64,000 bases of DNA from an uncultured Desulfofustis sp. Lineage in GTDB: Bacteria; Desulfobacterota; Desulfobulbia; Desulfobulbales; Desulfocapsaceae. The notes under the pieces were generated by a model. The model ran no database searches, had not been told where the DNA came from, and was given only the letters and a program-made list of their open reading frames with translations. The DNA is taken from positions 9,870 to 73,869 of the forward strand of contig CAZSOA010000001.1 of the NCBI GenBank assembly GCA_964608305.1, in the 5' to 3' direction. This document shows, piece after piece, positions 28,604 through 37,854 of this stretch. Position numbers and translations under genes: made by a program. Every line of letters begins with the position of its first letter. Positions within the stretch are counted from its first letter, which is position 1.

Positions 28604-30007
28604 TCAGATACCCATTTCTGCGGCCTTGCGAACCGTTGCAACAACCCGATCGATCTGCTCTTTGGTGATGGTCAGTGATGGAGCGAAGTTCATAACCGTA
28701 TTGAGCCCGGTGATGCTGCTGTTGGTCCGGCCGACGATCACGTTTTGGGCAAAGACATTGCCGACGAGTTTGGCCATTTCGCCTTCCGATACCGGTTCCT
28801 TGGTTTTCTTATCGCGCACGAATTCAACACCGCAGAACAGGCCGACGCCGCGGACATCGCCAACCAGCGGCAGATCCAGCAACTCTTTGAGTTTATCCAG
28901 CAGATAGGCGCCTTTTTCACGAGCCTGTTCAATCAGGTTCTCTTCCTCGATAATCCGGGTCGTTTCCAAGGCCGCCGCCATCGGTCCGGCGCATCCGCCA
29001 TATGTGCTGATATCGCGGAAAAAATCCAACCGCTTCGCCGGATCACTCGGATCATTGAGAAAAATTTCGAAAAGACGATCTCGCACCACCATCGCCGACA
29101 ACGGCTCATACGAACTGGCCAACCCTTTGGCCATGGTGACGATATCGGGGTCGACGTCATAATGTTCATGGCCCCAGAACTTGCCGGTACGGCCGAAACC
29201 ACAGACCACTTCGTCCATGATCAGCCAGACATCATGCTTCCTGCAGATTTCCTGAACAATGGGGAAATATTCCGGTACCGGCGGAATGATTCCGCCACCG
29301 GCGGTAATCGGCTCGACAATGAGCCCGCCGACGGTCTCCGGTCCTTCTTTGACGATAATGTCATCGATGACGCGGGCACAGTCGATAGTACAGTTCGGAT
29401 ACGATTTGTCGAACGGGCAGCGATAGCAACAGCAGTTGGGAAATTCGACAAAGCCGGGAACAAGCGGTTCGAAATGCTTCTTGCGCTCGATCTGGCCGGA
29501 TGCGCTCATCGCGCCGAAAGTGGTCCCGTGATAGTCCCGATCGCGGAACATGATTTTGATCTTGTCCTTGCGCTCCGGCGCGATACGGGCCGCCTGGCGG
29601 ATCAACTTGAAGGCCTTCTCGTTTGCTTCAGAGCCGCTGTTGGAAAAATAGACTTTATGGAGACGCGGCAGCTTCTCAAGCAGTTTTCCGGCAAACTTGA
29701 TTGCCGGAACGTTTCCATAGGCACCGGCGAAGTACGGCATCTCCAGCAGCTGCTCATAGACAACTTTGGCAACCGATTCCCGCCCGTAACCGACAATGAC
29801 GCTCCAGACCCCGCCGGACGTAACATCGAGAAATTCCCGCCCTCTGATATCGGTGATCATCAGGCCGTCGGCTTTGACCGGAATCATCTGCTCCGCTGTT
29901 TCAAAAACTTTGTGCGGCTTCAGGTGGTGCCACAAGAAGTCTTTATCGCCTTTGACGATCTCTTCGGTGTTGTATTGAAGCACATCTGATTTACTCATGA
30001 CTCTCAC
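28604..30007 (-). CDS. tpa: Class III omega-aminotransferase, taurine:pyruvate aminotransferase-like
   Basis: 467 aa. FLWHHL..., GGVWSVIVGYGRE, FSNSGSEANEKAFK, LIMDEVVCGFGRTG and TMAKGL (PLP Lys). Its position between xsc and ald is the classical taurine-degradation context. Substrate assignment is by context only. Confidence 0.7.
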   Translation of the reverse strand: MRVMSKSDVLQYNTEEIVKGDKDFLWHHLKPHKVFETAEQMIPVKADGLMITDIRGREFLDVTSGGVWSVIVGYGRESVAKVVYEQLLEMPYFAGAYGNVPAIKFAGKLLEKLPRLHKVYFSNSGSEANEKAFKLIRQAARIAPERKDKIKIMFRDRDYHGTTFGAMSASGQIERKKHFEPLVPGFVEFPNCCCYRCPFDKSYPNCTIDCARVIDDIIVKEGPETVGGLIVEPITAGGGIIPPVPEYFPIVQEICRKHDVWLIMDEVVCGFGRTGKFWGHEHYDVDPDIVTMAKGLASSYEPLSAMVVRDRLFEIFLNDPSDPAKRLDFFRDISTYGGCAGPMAAALETTRIIEEENLIEQAREKGAYLLDKLKELLDLPLVGDVRGVGLFCGVEFVRDKKTKEPVSEGEMAKLVGNVFAQNVIVGRTNSSITGLNTVMNFAPSLTITKEQIDRVVATVRKAAEMGI

Positions 30008-30039
30008 CTCGTTTGATAGTAATACGGTCTTGCGGTATC

Positions 30040-30055
30040 GGCTTCTGCAGTGCCA
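30040..30055 (-). promoter_or_regulatory. Weak sigma-54-like promoter candidate upstream of the aminotransferase gene
   Basis: On the minus strand: TGGCACTGCAGAAGCC, a perfect -24 TGGCAC with GC at the correct -12 spacing but a poor -12 context (AAGCC). It lies 33 nt upstream of ATG 30007. An extended -10 (TGCTACAAT, 30114..30106) is an alternative. Confidence 0.25.
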
Positions 30056-30305
30056 TGCGGATTCTTGTCACCAGACATGGTCGATAACCGTCTTGCAACG
30101 TCCGGATTGTAGCACGAATGCTTGGTTTCGTAACAAAAACCTTGGCAAAAACCAAGCAATTCTATTCGTTCACCGGTAAATCAGGATCTTGCATCTCGAT
30201 GATGCCCCCGGCTTTGAAAAACCAACGACTGCCCAACGGTTCTCCTTCCAATTCAGCTTGATGGCGAGAGAACCGCCGGGCAACCCCACCCCGATCCGGG
30301 GGTCT

Positions 30306-32093
30306 TTACGCTTTCTGCTGCGGTCGCATATCGGCCGCATCGATACCGGCGACCGGAACCGGCGTTTTCATCGCATCTCGGCGGAACGGCTCTCCGAGTT
30401 CCTTGTTGACCAGCACTTCGATAAAGGTTGTTTTCCCCTGCTCCATCTGTGCCTTGATGGCGGCGTTGAGTTTCGCCGTCAGGTCCTCCATCGAGGTGGC
30501 TTGGGTTCCTTCCAGGCCGCAGGCACGGGCAATCGCGGCGTACGAAACATCGGTGTCAAGCTCGGTGCCGACAAAGTTATCCGCATACCAGAGCGTGGTG
30601 TTGCGTTTCTCCGCACCCCACTGGTAATTACGGAAGATCAGCATCGTAATCGGCGGCCAGTTACTGCGGCCGCAGACGGTCATTTCATTCATCGAGATAC
30701 CGAATGCGCCGTCACCGGCCATACCGACGACCGGCACATCCGGACGGGCGATCTTCGCACCAAGGATCGCCGGAAATCCGTAGCCACACGGCCCGAACAG
30801 GCCGGGAGAAAGATATTTTCTGCCTTCTTCGAAGGTTGGGTAGGCGTTGCCGATGGCGCAGTTATTACCGATGTCCGACGAGATGATAGCCTCTTTCGGC
30901 AAGGCCGCCATGATCGCCTGCCAGGCCATCCGCGGCGACATCTTCTCCGGCTCGGTGGTTCGGGCCCGCTCGTTCCAGGTGGTACCCGGGTCGTCGGCCT
31001 CGTGAACGATGGTCTTGAGTTCTTCATCCCAGGCCGCCTTGGTTTTGGCGATCAGCGCTTTTCGCTCTGCCCGGCCGGCATCCCCCGCCGTTTTTGACAA
31101 TTTGCCAAGAATGCCGCTTGCCACTTTCTTGGCATCGCCGACGATACCCACGGTAACCGGTTTGGTCAGACCGATGCGATCCGGGTTCATATCCACCTGG
31201 ATGATCGCCGCGTTTTTCGGCCAGTAGTCGATACCGTAGCCGGGCAAGGTAGAAAACGGGTTGAGCCGCGTGCCAAGAGCCAGTACGACGTCGGCCTTGG
31301 CGATGAGTTCCATTCCGGCCTTGGATCCGTTGTACCCGAGCGGGCCGGCAAACAGCGGATGGCTGCCCGGAAAGGCATCGTTATGCTGGTAGCCGCAGCA
31401 GACCGGCGCATCAAGACGCTCGGCCAGGGCCATGGAATCCTTAATGGCATTACCGAGCACCACGCCGGCGCCGTTGAGAATGACCGGGAATTTCGCATCG
31501 GAGAGCAGCTTTGCGGCACGCTCAATGGCCTCTTCGCCTCCTCCGGGACGCTCGAACTCGATGATGGCCGGCAGCTCGATCTCGATAACCTGGGTCCAGA
31601 AATCCCGGGGAACGTTGATCTGAGCCGGGGCCGACGCCCGCTTGGCCTTCATGATAACCCGGTTGAGGACCTCGGCGATGCGGGCCGGCGTCCGTACCTC
31701 TTCCTGGTAGGCAACCATATCTTTGAACACCGCCAACTGCTCCACTTCCTGAAAACCGCCCTGGCCAATCGTCGCATTGGCAGCCTGCGGCGTTACGAGC
31801 AGGAGCGGAGTATGATTCCAATACGCCGTTTTGACCGGTGTCACGAAGTTGGTGATACCGGGGCCGTTCTGGGCAACGATCATCGACATCGTGCCGGAGG
31901 CCCGGCTGAAACCATCGGCCATCATCCCGGCGTTGCCTTCATGGCCGCAATCCCAGAAGGTGATACCGGCTTTGGGGAACAGATCGGAGATCGGCATCAT
32001 CGCCGAACCGATAATACCGAACGCATGCTCAATCCCGTGCATTTGCAAAACTTTGATAAACGCTTCTTCCGTCGTCATTTTCATGGTAGCCAT
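30306..32093 (-). CDS. xsc: Sulfoacetaldehyde acetyltransferase (ThDP-dependent)
   Basis: MATMKMTTEEAFIKVLQMHGIEHAFGIIGSAMMPISDLFPKAGITFWDCGHEG...NGPGITNFVTPVKTAYWNHTPLLLVTPQA...FRNYQWGAEKRN...ELGEPFRRDAMK closely matches Xsc sequences as I remember them. GGGGAGG SD before ATG 32093; the track start 32144 is probably too long. Confidence 0.9.
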   Translation of the reverse strand: MATMKMTTEEAFIKVLQMHGIEHAFGIIGSAMMPISDLFPKAGITFWDCGHEGNAGMMADGFSRASGTMSMIVAQNGPGITNFVTPVKTAYWNHTPLLLVTPQAANATIGQGGFQEVEQLAVFKDMVAYQEEVRTPARIAEVLNRVIMKAKRASAPAQINVPRDFWTQVIEIELPAIIEFERPGGGEEAIERAAKLLSDAKFPVILNGAGVVLGNAIKDSMALAERLDAPVCCGYQHNDAFPGSHPLFAGPLGYNGSKAGMELIAKADVVLALGTRLNPFSTLPGYGIDYWPKNAAIIQVDMNPDRIGLTKPVTVGIVGDAKKVASGILGKLSKTAGDAGRAERKALIAKTKAAWDEELKTIVHEADDPGTTWNERARTTEPEKMSPRMAWQAIMAALPKEAIISSDIGNNCAIGNAYPTFEEGRKYLSPGLFGPCGYGFPAILGAKIARPDVPVVGMAGDGAFGISMNEMTVCGRSNWPPITMLIFRNYQWGAEKRNTTLWYADNFVGTELDTDVSYAAIARACGLEGTQATSMEDLTAKLNAAIKAQMEQGKTTFIEVLVNKELGEPFRRDAMKTPVPVAGIDAADMRPQQKA

Positions 32094-32593
32094 AGCAACC
32101 TCCCCTGAGATGATGGTTGAGAATTTCTCACGTACGAGCAACAACCGATGGACGCTTCCGCCGCAACACGTTTCGCGCTGGATCGAAGGGGTCAGCGGCT
32201 CTTTGCCGAACTATTATGCGGCGGCAGCCCCCAAGGCCTGAAACCAACCCGCAAACTGGCGAAACGTGGTCGTTTGTGCCGCTTCTTTTTTACTGATACA
32301 TCAAATACCAGGGCCGTGTCAATACAATTTTCACGGTCGTTTCCAACGGTCGGGACAGACTTCTGTAATCTTCTTTTATGTCAGGATGTTTTCATAAACA
32401 TACGAGAATAACAGAAGTGAGATTGTTCCGCTTTCCAGCAGCTGATCGTTGTCCAGAACCTGCCAAGACGACTCCCAGCAATGGTCCGCAGAGAGTGGCG
32501 AAAAAATACCGCCGACAATGAACCATTCGTCTTGAAACAAACACTCAACAGACAACAGACTCCACTGACAACCCACATCACAGGAGACCAGCC

Positions 32594-33469
32594 ATGAAAC
32601 CGTCAACAACAATCTTTGCCATGCTCATCGCCCTTTCTATCGTAATCGGCGGTACCACCGATGAGTGTGCAGCCGAAGTTAATCTTCACTCCTGGGATGA
32701 AAATGGCACCCACTGGATTTTCACCATTTATGATGATGGGTCGATGTATGAATGGGCCTATTACGCTGATGGACGAATAGAAGGAGATGAGATCGGACGG
32801 GACGACGGTTCCGACAGTGGTTCATCAGGTTCAAGGACGACTGCCGATGATATCAAGGACCTTGCCCGCCGCTCCTATCACGGCAAATTGAGCAAGGGTG
32901 TGCAGACGAACAATCCGTTTGCAATCAAGCAAAGCGGCAGCGGCAAAGGGCTCGCACCGCGCTGGAACCCGCCCGGACGGCACTCGAGCGGAGTCGACGG
33001 CACAACCGGCTCGGGGCCGGGCAGCAACGGCGGCGGTACCGGTGAATGGTTCAAGGCAATGGCGAAAAAAGGCAACAGCGACGACGGCGACAACGATTCC
33101 GGCAAAGGCCCCGGAAAACGGCCGGAACTCGGCACCAACGGTTCAATCCGGCCGGAACGGGTCAACCCGGTTCCGAACCTCCATCAGCACCTGCGTCAAT
33201 CGATAGCCGACTCCCGAGCCCTGCGTCAACAGGTCCCCGCCACCGGCGCCAAAGGAACCAAAAACCTGACCACGGTGACCAGCCAGGCACATGAACTGCA
33301 GCGAAAGAATACATCGCTGAAAAAGAGAGGAACCGAAACGCCGGCCGGAAAAACCACGGCGAGTTCCCTTGGCGTCAAAACCAAACAGGGACAACAACTC
33401 CAGACCAGCACGGTTGCGCCACCAGCAGCCAAACGAACCGTCGTTGTCCAGCAATTTGACCGCCGGTAA
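32594..33469 (+). CDS. Secreted low-complexity (Gly/Ser/Thr/Lys/Asp-rich) protein, hypothetical
   Basis: Signal peptide MKPSTTIFAMLIALSIVIGG, a small aromatic N-domain (WDENGTHWIFTIYDDGSMYEWAYYADG), then about 220 aa of disordered-looking sequence. AGGAGA SD. Confidence 0.6.
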   Translation: MKPSTTIFAMLIALSIVIGGTTDECAAEVNLHSWDENGTHWIFTIYDDGSMYEWAYYADGRIEGDEIGRDDGSDSGSSGSRTTADDIKDLARRSYHGKLSKGVQTNNPFAIKQSGSGKGLAPRWNPPGRHSSGVDGTTGSGPGSNGGGTGEWFKAMAKKGNSDDGDNDSGKGPGKRPELGTNGSIRPERVNPVPNLHQHLRQSIADSRALRQQVPATGAKGTKNLTTVTSQAHELQRKNTSLKKRGTETPAGKTTASSLGVKTKQGQQLQTSTVAPPAAKRTVVVQQFDRR

Positions 33470-33545
33470 AGCCTTTGAAAGGAACGAAGATACGGTCAGC
33501 GGATGGACACGGGTCCGTTTTCGATGGCCACCGCCACAGAAGAAC

Positions 33546-33585
33546 CATCAGGGCCCCGTGGGAATCATTCCACGGGGCCCTGATG
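33546..33585. terminator. Perfect 16-bp GC-rich hairpin (probable terminator or structured element)
   Basis: CATCAGGGCCCCGTGG (33546-33561), loop GAATCATT, CCACGGGGCCCTGATG (33570-33585). There is no strong T-tract on plus; GTTCTTCTG follows on minus. Confidence 0.55.
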
Positions 33586-34219
33586 TGAAGAAGAACCGCT
33601 GATTTCAGCGGATGTTCGTTGGCTCCCCCTGGTAAACGCACTCAAGAACTTGTTTGACGAATCGTCGAAGACCTAATCTGACACTATTCTGGTGGCCCAA
33701 TGCGAGTTAAAAGATGGCTTCCTCGACAATAATTAATCGATAGATCGTAAAAAGACGTCAGCCGAGACTCCAGCGGAAATCTGCAGCGGGGATACCCAAC
33801 ACGACTAAGCAACACGGGTAAAGACAGCCAGCAATCTGGGGTTCGTTTTCGGTGATACCGATACCCATTCGAGATCCCCGCATGCTCATTGACGATCCAA
33901 CAGAAAGTTTGGGGACCTACCCGACTCACCCGGTTCGAGACGATCTCCACAAACTGGCGTCTTCCTTTCGACCCGGCGAATGCGAATTGCAAGCTATACG
34001 GTCTGGCGGCATTCCGACGGCTTTTGTAACTATTTTTCTTGAATAGCGTTTATCTGTAATCGTATTTTACTCCACAAACTCGTTTTTTGAGGACTATCCG
34101 GCTTGATCCTGTCCCAAGCGCAAAAACTATTTTCTTGAAAACATCCGATATTGTAACTATAAATTATGAATTATTAAACTATTTAATCATTTTTTGAGAT
34201 CCGTAACGATTTTTGAGTT

Positions 34220-35746
34220 GTGATGATAGTGGAGAGGACCCGACACCGGTTGGCAGGCTATGCGTTTCTGATAGAGCGATACACCGTGAGCGCTCTACCG
34301 AACTGGCACTCGTCCTCAATCAGCCCGACGGGCGCGCTACGCTCGACCATTCAGGATGGGCTGGTGGAATCGGTCTATCCCTCGTCCTACTGGCCCGGAG
34401 ACGGGACGGGAAATCATCTGGAGTTTGCCCTCAAGTATGACGGCGTCAATCTGGGCATCTTGTCGGCCCTTTTTGATGTGCTCCCAGCAGACGAGATAGC
34501 GGCCTGGATCAGCTCAAAACCGACCGGGAAATACACCCGCAGGATCTGGTATCTGTATGAATTGCTGACCGGACGGGAACTCCCGCTGCCGGATCTGACC
34601 AAAGGGAATTACGTTGAGCTGCTTGAGCCGGACCGCTACTACACCGCAGCCCCCGGCCGGCGCGTGCAGCGCCAGAGAGTCGTCGACAATCTGCTTGGCG
34701 GGAGATATTTCTGCCCCATCGTCCGGCGTACCGAAAAGCTCGCCATCATGGAAGGAATCGACCTGCGGAAACGGTGCGAAGAGATCGTAACCTCCTATCC
34801 ACCGGAGTTGCTCAGACGAGCACTCAGCTACCTGTACCATAAAGAGACCAAGTCCTCGTTCGAAATCGAACACGTCAAGCCGAGCGCCTCCCGGACAGAG
34901 AAATTCATCGGTTTGCTGGAGATGGCCGAACACAAGGATTTTTGCGAGAAGCCTCTGCTGATCGACGTGCAGAACCGCATCGTCGATCCCCGATTCCGAG
35001 ACATGGACTACCGGACCAATCAAAACTACGTTGGCCAGTCTGTTTCCTACCAGAAGCAGCTCGTGCACTATGCCTGCCCGAAACCCGGTGACCTCCCGGA
35101 ACTGATGGCGGGACTGCTCGCTGCTCATCACGTCATGAAAGATGGTGCGGTCCCTGCCATTATCCATGCCGCAGCCATCTCCTACGGATTCGTCTTCATG
35201 CACCCCTTTGAGGACGGCAACGGCCGTATTCACCGGTTTCTCATTCACAATATCCTGTTCCTGCGCGGCGAGATCCCGAAAGGGCTCATGTTCCCGGTCT
35301 CTGCCGCCATGCTGAAAAATCCGGCGCTTTACGATCACTCCCTGGAAGCGTTTGCCAACCCGTTGATGCGGCTGGTTGAATACGAACTGGACGATCTCGG
35401 GCAGATGACTGTGCCGGATGCGACCGGACCTCTGTACCGATACATCGACATGACCGCTCAAGCGGAGGCGTTGTATGAATTCGTCAAGCTCACCATCGAC
35501 CACGAACTGGTGGAAGAACTCGATTTTCTGGCGAATTACGACAAAACCAAGCAGGGTATTCAGGAGATCGTGGACATGCCGGACCGCCTCATTGATCTTT
35601 TTATCCAGCTCTATCTGCAAAACCATGGGCGCATTTCGGCGAGAAAAAGGGAATCGCATTTCGGATTTTTGACCGATGACGAGGTGGCCGACATGGAAAC
35701 GGTCGTCAGGAAGGGGTATGCGGGAGGAGGTAGCTCAGAATTCTGA
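34220..35746 (+). CDS. Fic-family protein (AMPylase-type Fido domain), 508 aa
   Basis: Canonical Fic motif HPFEDGNGRIHRFLIHN. An N-terminal Fic_N-like region carries ETKSSFEIEH (an inhibitory-helix-like SxxxE). Start is GTG 34220 or ATG 34223. Confidence 0.9.
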   Translation: MMIVERTRHRLAGYAFLIERYTVSALPNWHSSSISPTGALRSTIQDGLVESVYPSSYWPGDGTGNHLEFALKYDGVNLGILSALFDVLPADEIAAWISSKPTGKYTRRIWYLYELLTGRELPLPDLTKGNYVELLEPDRYYTAAPGRRVQRQRVVDNLLGGRYFCPIVRRTEKLAIMEGIDLRKRCEEIVTSYPPELLRRALSYLYHKETKSSFEIEHVKPSASRTEKFIGLLEMAEHKDFCEKPLLIDVQNRIVDPRFRDMDYRTNQNYVGQSVSYQKQLVHYACPKPGDLPELMAGLLAAHHVMKDGAVPAIIHAAAISYGFVFMHPFEDGNGRIHRFLIHNILFLRGEIPKGLMFPVSAAMLKNPALYDHSLEAFANPLMRLVEYELDDLGQMTVPDATGPLYRYIDMTAQAEALYEFVKLTIDHELVEELDFLANYDKTKQGIQEIVDMPDRLIDLFIQLYLQNHGRISARKRESHFGFLTDDEVADMETVVRKGYAGGGSSEF

Positions 35747-35849
35747 CCTGTCGACAATGGAATGTAGCTCTTTTTCACGAAACATGTGTCGGCTGCGACA
35801 GGTCCCTGGCAGAAAGAGCAGGGCCTCCAGAATGTCCGGTGCCGGGCGC

Positions 35850-35893
35850 ACAAACAAGAAACGGCCCGTCTTCCGCAGAAAACGGGCCGTTTT
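35850..35893 (-). terminator. Rho-independent terminator of tRNA-Asn
   Basis: On the minus strand: AAACGGCCCGU-loop-ACGGGCCGUUU followed by CUUGUUUG. Confidence 0.7.
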
Positions 35894-35899
35894 GATAAC

Positions 35900-35975
<76 letters not shown>

Positions 35976-36073
35976 TTATATCGTGACGAGATACTCTGTC
36001 TTGTACCGCAGAACGGCCTAGAATTCAAGCGACAAACTGCGTGCAGTCAGTCGCCCCAATCTCGTAGGGCGAG

Positions 36074-36102
36074 AATATATCGGGGTGCCTGTCGGGTGTC
36101 AA
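36074..36102 (-). promoter_or_regulatory. Sigma-70-type promoter candidate for tRNA-Asn
   Basis: On the minus strand: TTGACA (36102-36097), a 17-nt spacer, then TATATT (36079-36074). It lies about 90 nt upstream of the tRNA. Confidence 0.5.
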
Positions 36103-36163
36103 CGTTTTTTTCCCGATGGCCTGCACCCAGTGACGCGGTACCCGAGGTTATGCGCACATTTCA

Positions 36164-36733
36164 TCAGGTGACGGCGAAGATGGTGTGTTCACAGAGGATC
36201 TTGACACCGATCAAAATCAGGATGATGCCGCCCGCGATCTCGATCTTTTTCTCGAAAAAGTGGCCAACCCGCCGACCGAGAAGGATGCCGAGGTAGGAGA
36301 GGAGAAAGGTCACCACCCCGATAATGAGCGCCGGGGTGAGGATGGTAATGTTGAGCAGGGAGAAACTGAGCCCGACCGCCAGGGCATCGATACTGGTGGC
36401 CATCGAGAGCAGAAACAGCCGGCCACCGGTCATGCAGAACTCGTCGCAGTGATCCTCTTCCAGCTGAAAAGATTCGTAGATCATCTTGGCGCCGATCGCG
36501 ACCAGCAGCACAAAGGCGAGCCAATGATCATACGCGGCTATGTACTCACGAAAGCCGATACCGGCCAGCCAGCCGATCACCGGCATGATCCCCTGGAACA
36601 GGCCAAAAGACAGGGCGATGGTCACCGTCTGACGCAGTCCCATGGCGGTAATGGTCACGCCGCTGGCCACCGAGACGGCAAAGGCGTCCATGGCCAGACC
36701 AAAGGCGATCACCAGGGTGGAGAGGAAATCCAT
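36164..36733 (-). CDS. mntP: Manganese efflux pump MntP (DUF204)
   Basis: MDFLSTLVIAFGLAMDAFAVSVASG... and a second ...SIDALAVGLSF repeat give the MntP two-repeat architecture. Confidence 0.9.
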   Translation of the reverse strand: MDFLSTLVIAFGLAMDAFAVSVASGVTITAMGLRQTVTIALSFGLFQGIMPVIGWLAGIGFREYIAAYDHWLAFVLLVAIGAKMIYESFQLEEDHCDEFCMTGGRLFLLSMATSIDALAVGLSFSLLNITILTPALIIGVVTFLLSYLGILLGRRVGHFFEKKIEIAGGIILILIGVKILCEHTIFAVT

Positions 36734-36774
36734 GAACGTGTCGTTTCCCTTCTCTTGGTCAAGAGGACCAGAAA

Positions 36775-36808
36775 CAACAGGCGACAGAGTACCTCCTGTC
36801 GCCTGTTG
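36775..36808 (-). terminator. 13-bp perfect hairpin between the Met-rich protein gene and mntP (terminator and/or mntP leader element)
   Basis: On the minus strand: CAACAGGCGACAG-GAGGUACU-CUGUCGCCUGUUG followed by UUUCUGG. Confidence 0.5.
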
Positions 36809-36855
36809 CCATCTCGTGCCCCGCTCGAGATCTTTGCGTCAGTCTCTTCGTCCCG

Positions 36856-37677
36856 TCAGTTGCCGAAAAGACCCTTGAGCGATTTCATCGCCTCTTCCAT
36901 TTTCTTCTGATCCTCAGGAGATATCTCTCCCTGCGGCCCCATCAGCATCGATTTGTTGCTCTTTTTGAACCCTTCCGGATCCTTGAGCATGGCTATCGTC
37001 TGTTCGGCCATCATCTGCGCCATCTGATCGGCCTCGGGGTCCGGTTGCGGTTCGATCCCGGCCGGGAACTGGAAGTGCTGTTCATCGACCGGGTCCTCAC
37101 TGATGGAAGTGGCCTCGCTTTTCATGGTGACGCCCATCATGGTGGAATCGGTGAGCAGCGGGATCGACGTATTGTGGATGGAATAGACGGTTACCCCCAT
37201 CATGGTCGTCCGGTCGCAGGGGTAGCCGAGGATGTCCTGCGCCTGCTCTTCCACCGTCCCCTGCATACCCTGCATGATCGACATCCCCATGGTCCGGGCA
37301 TTCTCGTTCACCGTCTTCTGCTCCGCCGCGGAAAGCTTCTCATACTCCGCCACCATCAGTTTCTGCGGGTTGACCGATTTGCTGCCGGTTTGCTCCTGCA
37401 GGTCAAAGGTGTAGATCCAATCCGGGGTGGTGATCTCCACCTGCTTGGTCTGCATGGTCATACCGAGCATCGACGTACTGGCGGTTCGATAGCTGGCGGT
37501 CCGCTGCCCGTGGTCTTTGATGTAGAGAATCTCTTCGCCATTCTCCATGCCGCTCAGTCGGTAGACAATGGTTGCCTCGGCAAACGGCGCTTTCTGTTGC
37601 CACGGGTTGGCAGCGGCCGTAAACGGCAGCAACAGTGCCAGCAGCACCATAATCAGAAATCTTCTTCCACGTTTCAT
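36856..37677 (-). CDS. Secreted methionine-rich protein, hypothetical
   Basis: Signal peptide MKRGRRFLIMVLLALLLPFTAAA with a GGAGGAG SD. Many Met clusters (MGMSIMQGMQG, TTMMGVT, STMMGVTM, QMAQMMAEQ). No family recognised. Confidence 0.6.
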   Translation of the reverse strand: MKRGRRFLIMVLLALLLPFTAAANPWQQKAPFAEATIVYRLSGMENGEEILYIKDHGQRTASYRTASTSMLGMTMQTKQVEITTPDWIYTFDLQEQTGSKSVNPQKLMVAEYEKLSAAEQKTVNENARTMGMSIMQGMQGTVEEQAQDILGYPCDRTTMMGVTVYSIHNTSIPLLTDSTMMGVTMKSEATSISEDPVDEQHFQFPAGIEPQPDPEADQMAQMMAEQTIAMLKDPEGFKKSNKSMLMGPQGEISPEDQKKMEEAMKSLKGLFGN

Positions 37678-37854
37678 CACTCCTCCTTCACCGATCCGGC
37701 GAACAGACCGGCACATTCCTTGACTCCGTTATAAACCGTCTCCAAACGGCCTCTCCAGACCCTTTCCAACCACCCTGAAAGGGTTCTTTATCCACTATTT
37801 CAAATTCTTATAGATAATGACCGAAAAATCGTTCACGTGCTTTTCCGGCGCTTT

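Noticed and set aside
33684-33992. 102-aa minus-strand ORF, and a T-arm-like GGTTCGAGAC at about 33930 that might mark an integrase remnant or att site for tRNA-Asn
   Set aside because: The translation has no recombinase or transposase motifs in any frame I read. The T-arm-like segment is in the opposite orientation to tRNA-Asn and matches only ~13 of 17 nt, so it cannot be a direct repeat.
36734-36860. Possible yybP-ykoY Mn riboswitch upstream of mntP
   Set aside because: Only partial resemblance: GGGGCACGAG versus the conserved GGGGAGUAG, plus an AGAGA-like 3' element. I cannot fold a convincing four-way junction by hand. It is kept only as a testable note in the findings.
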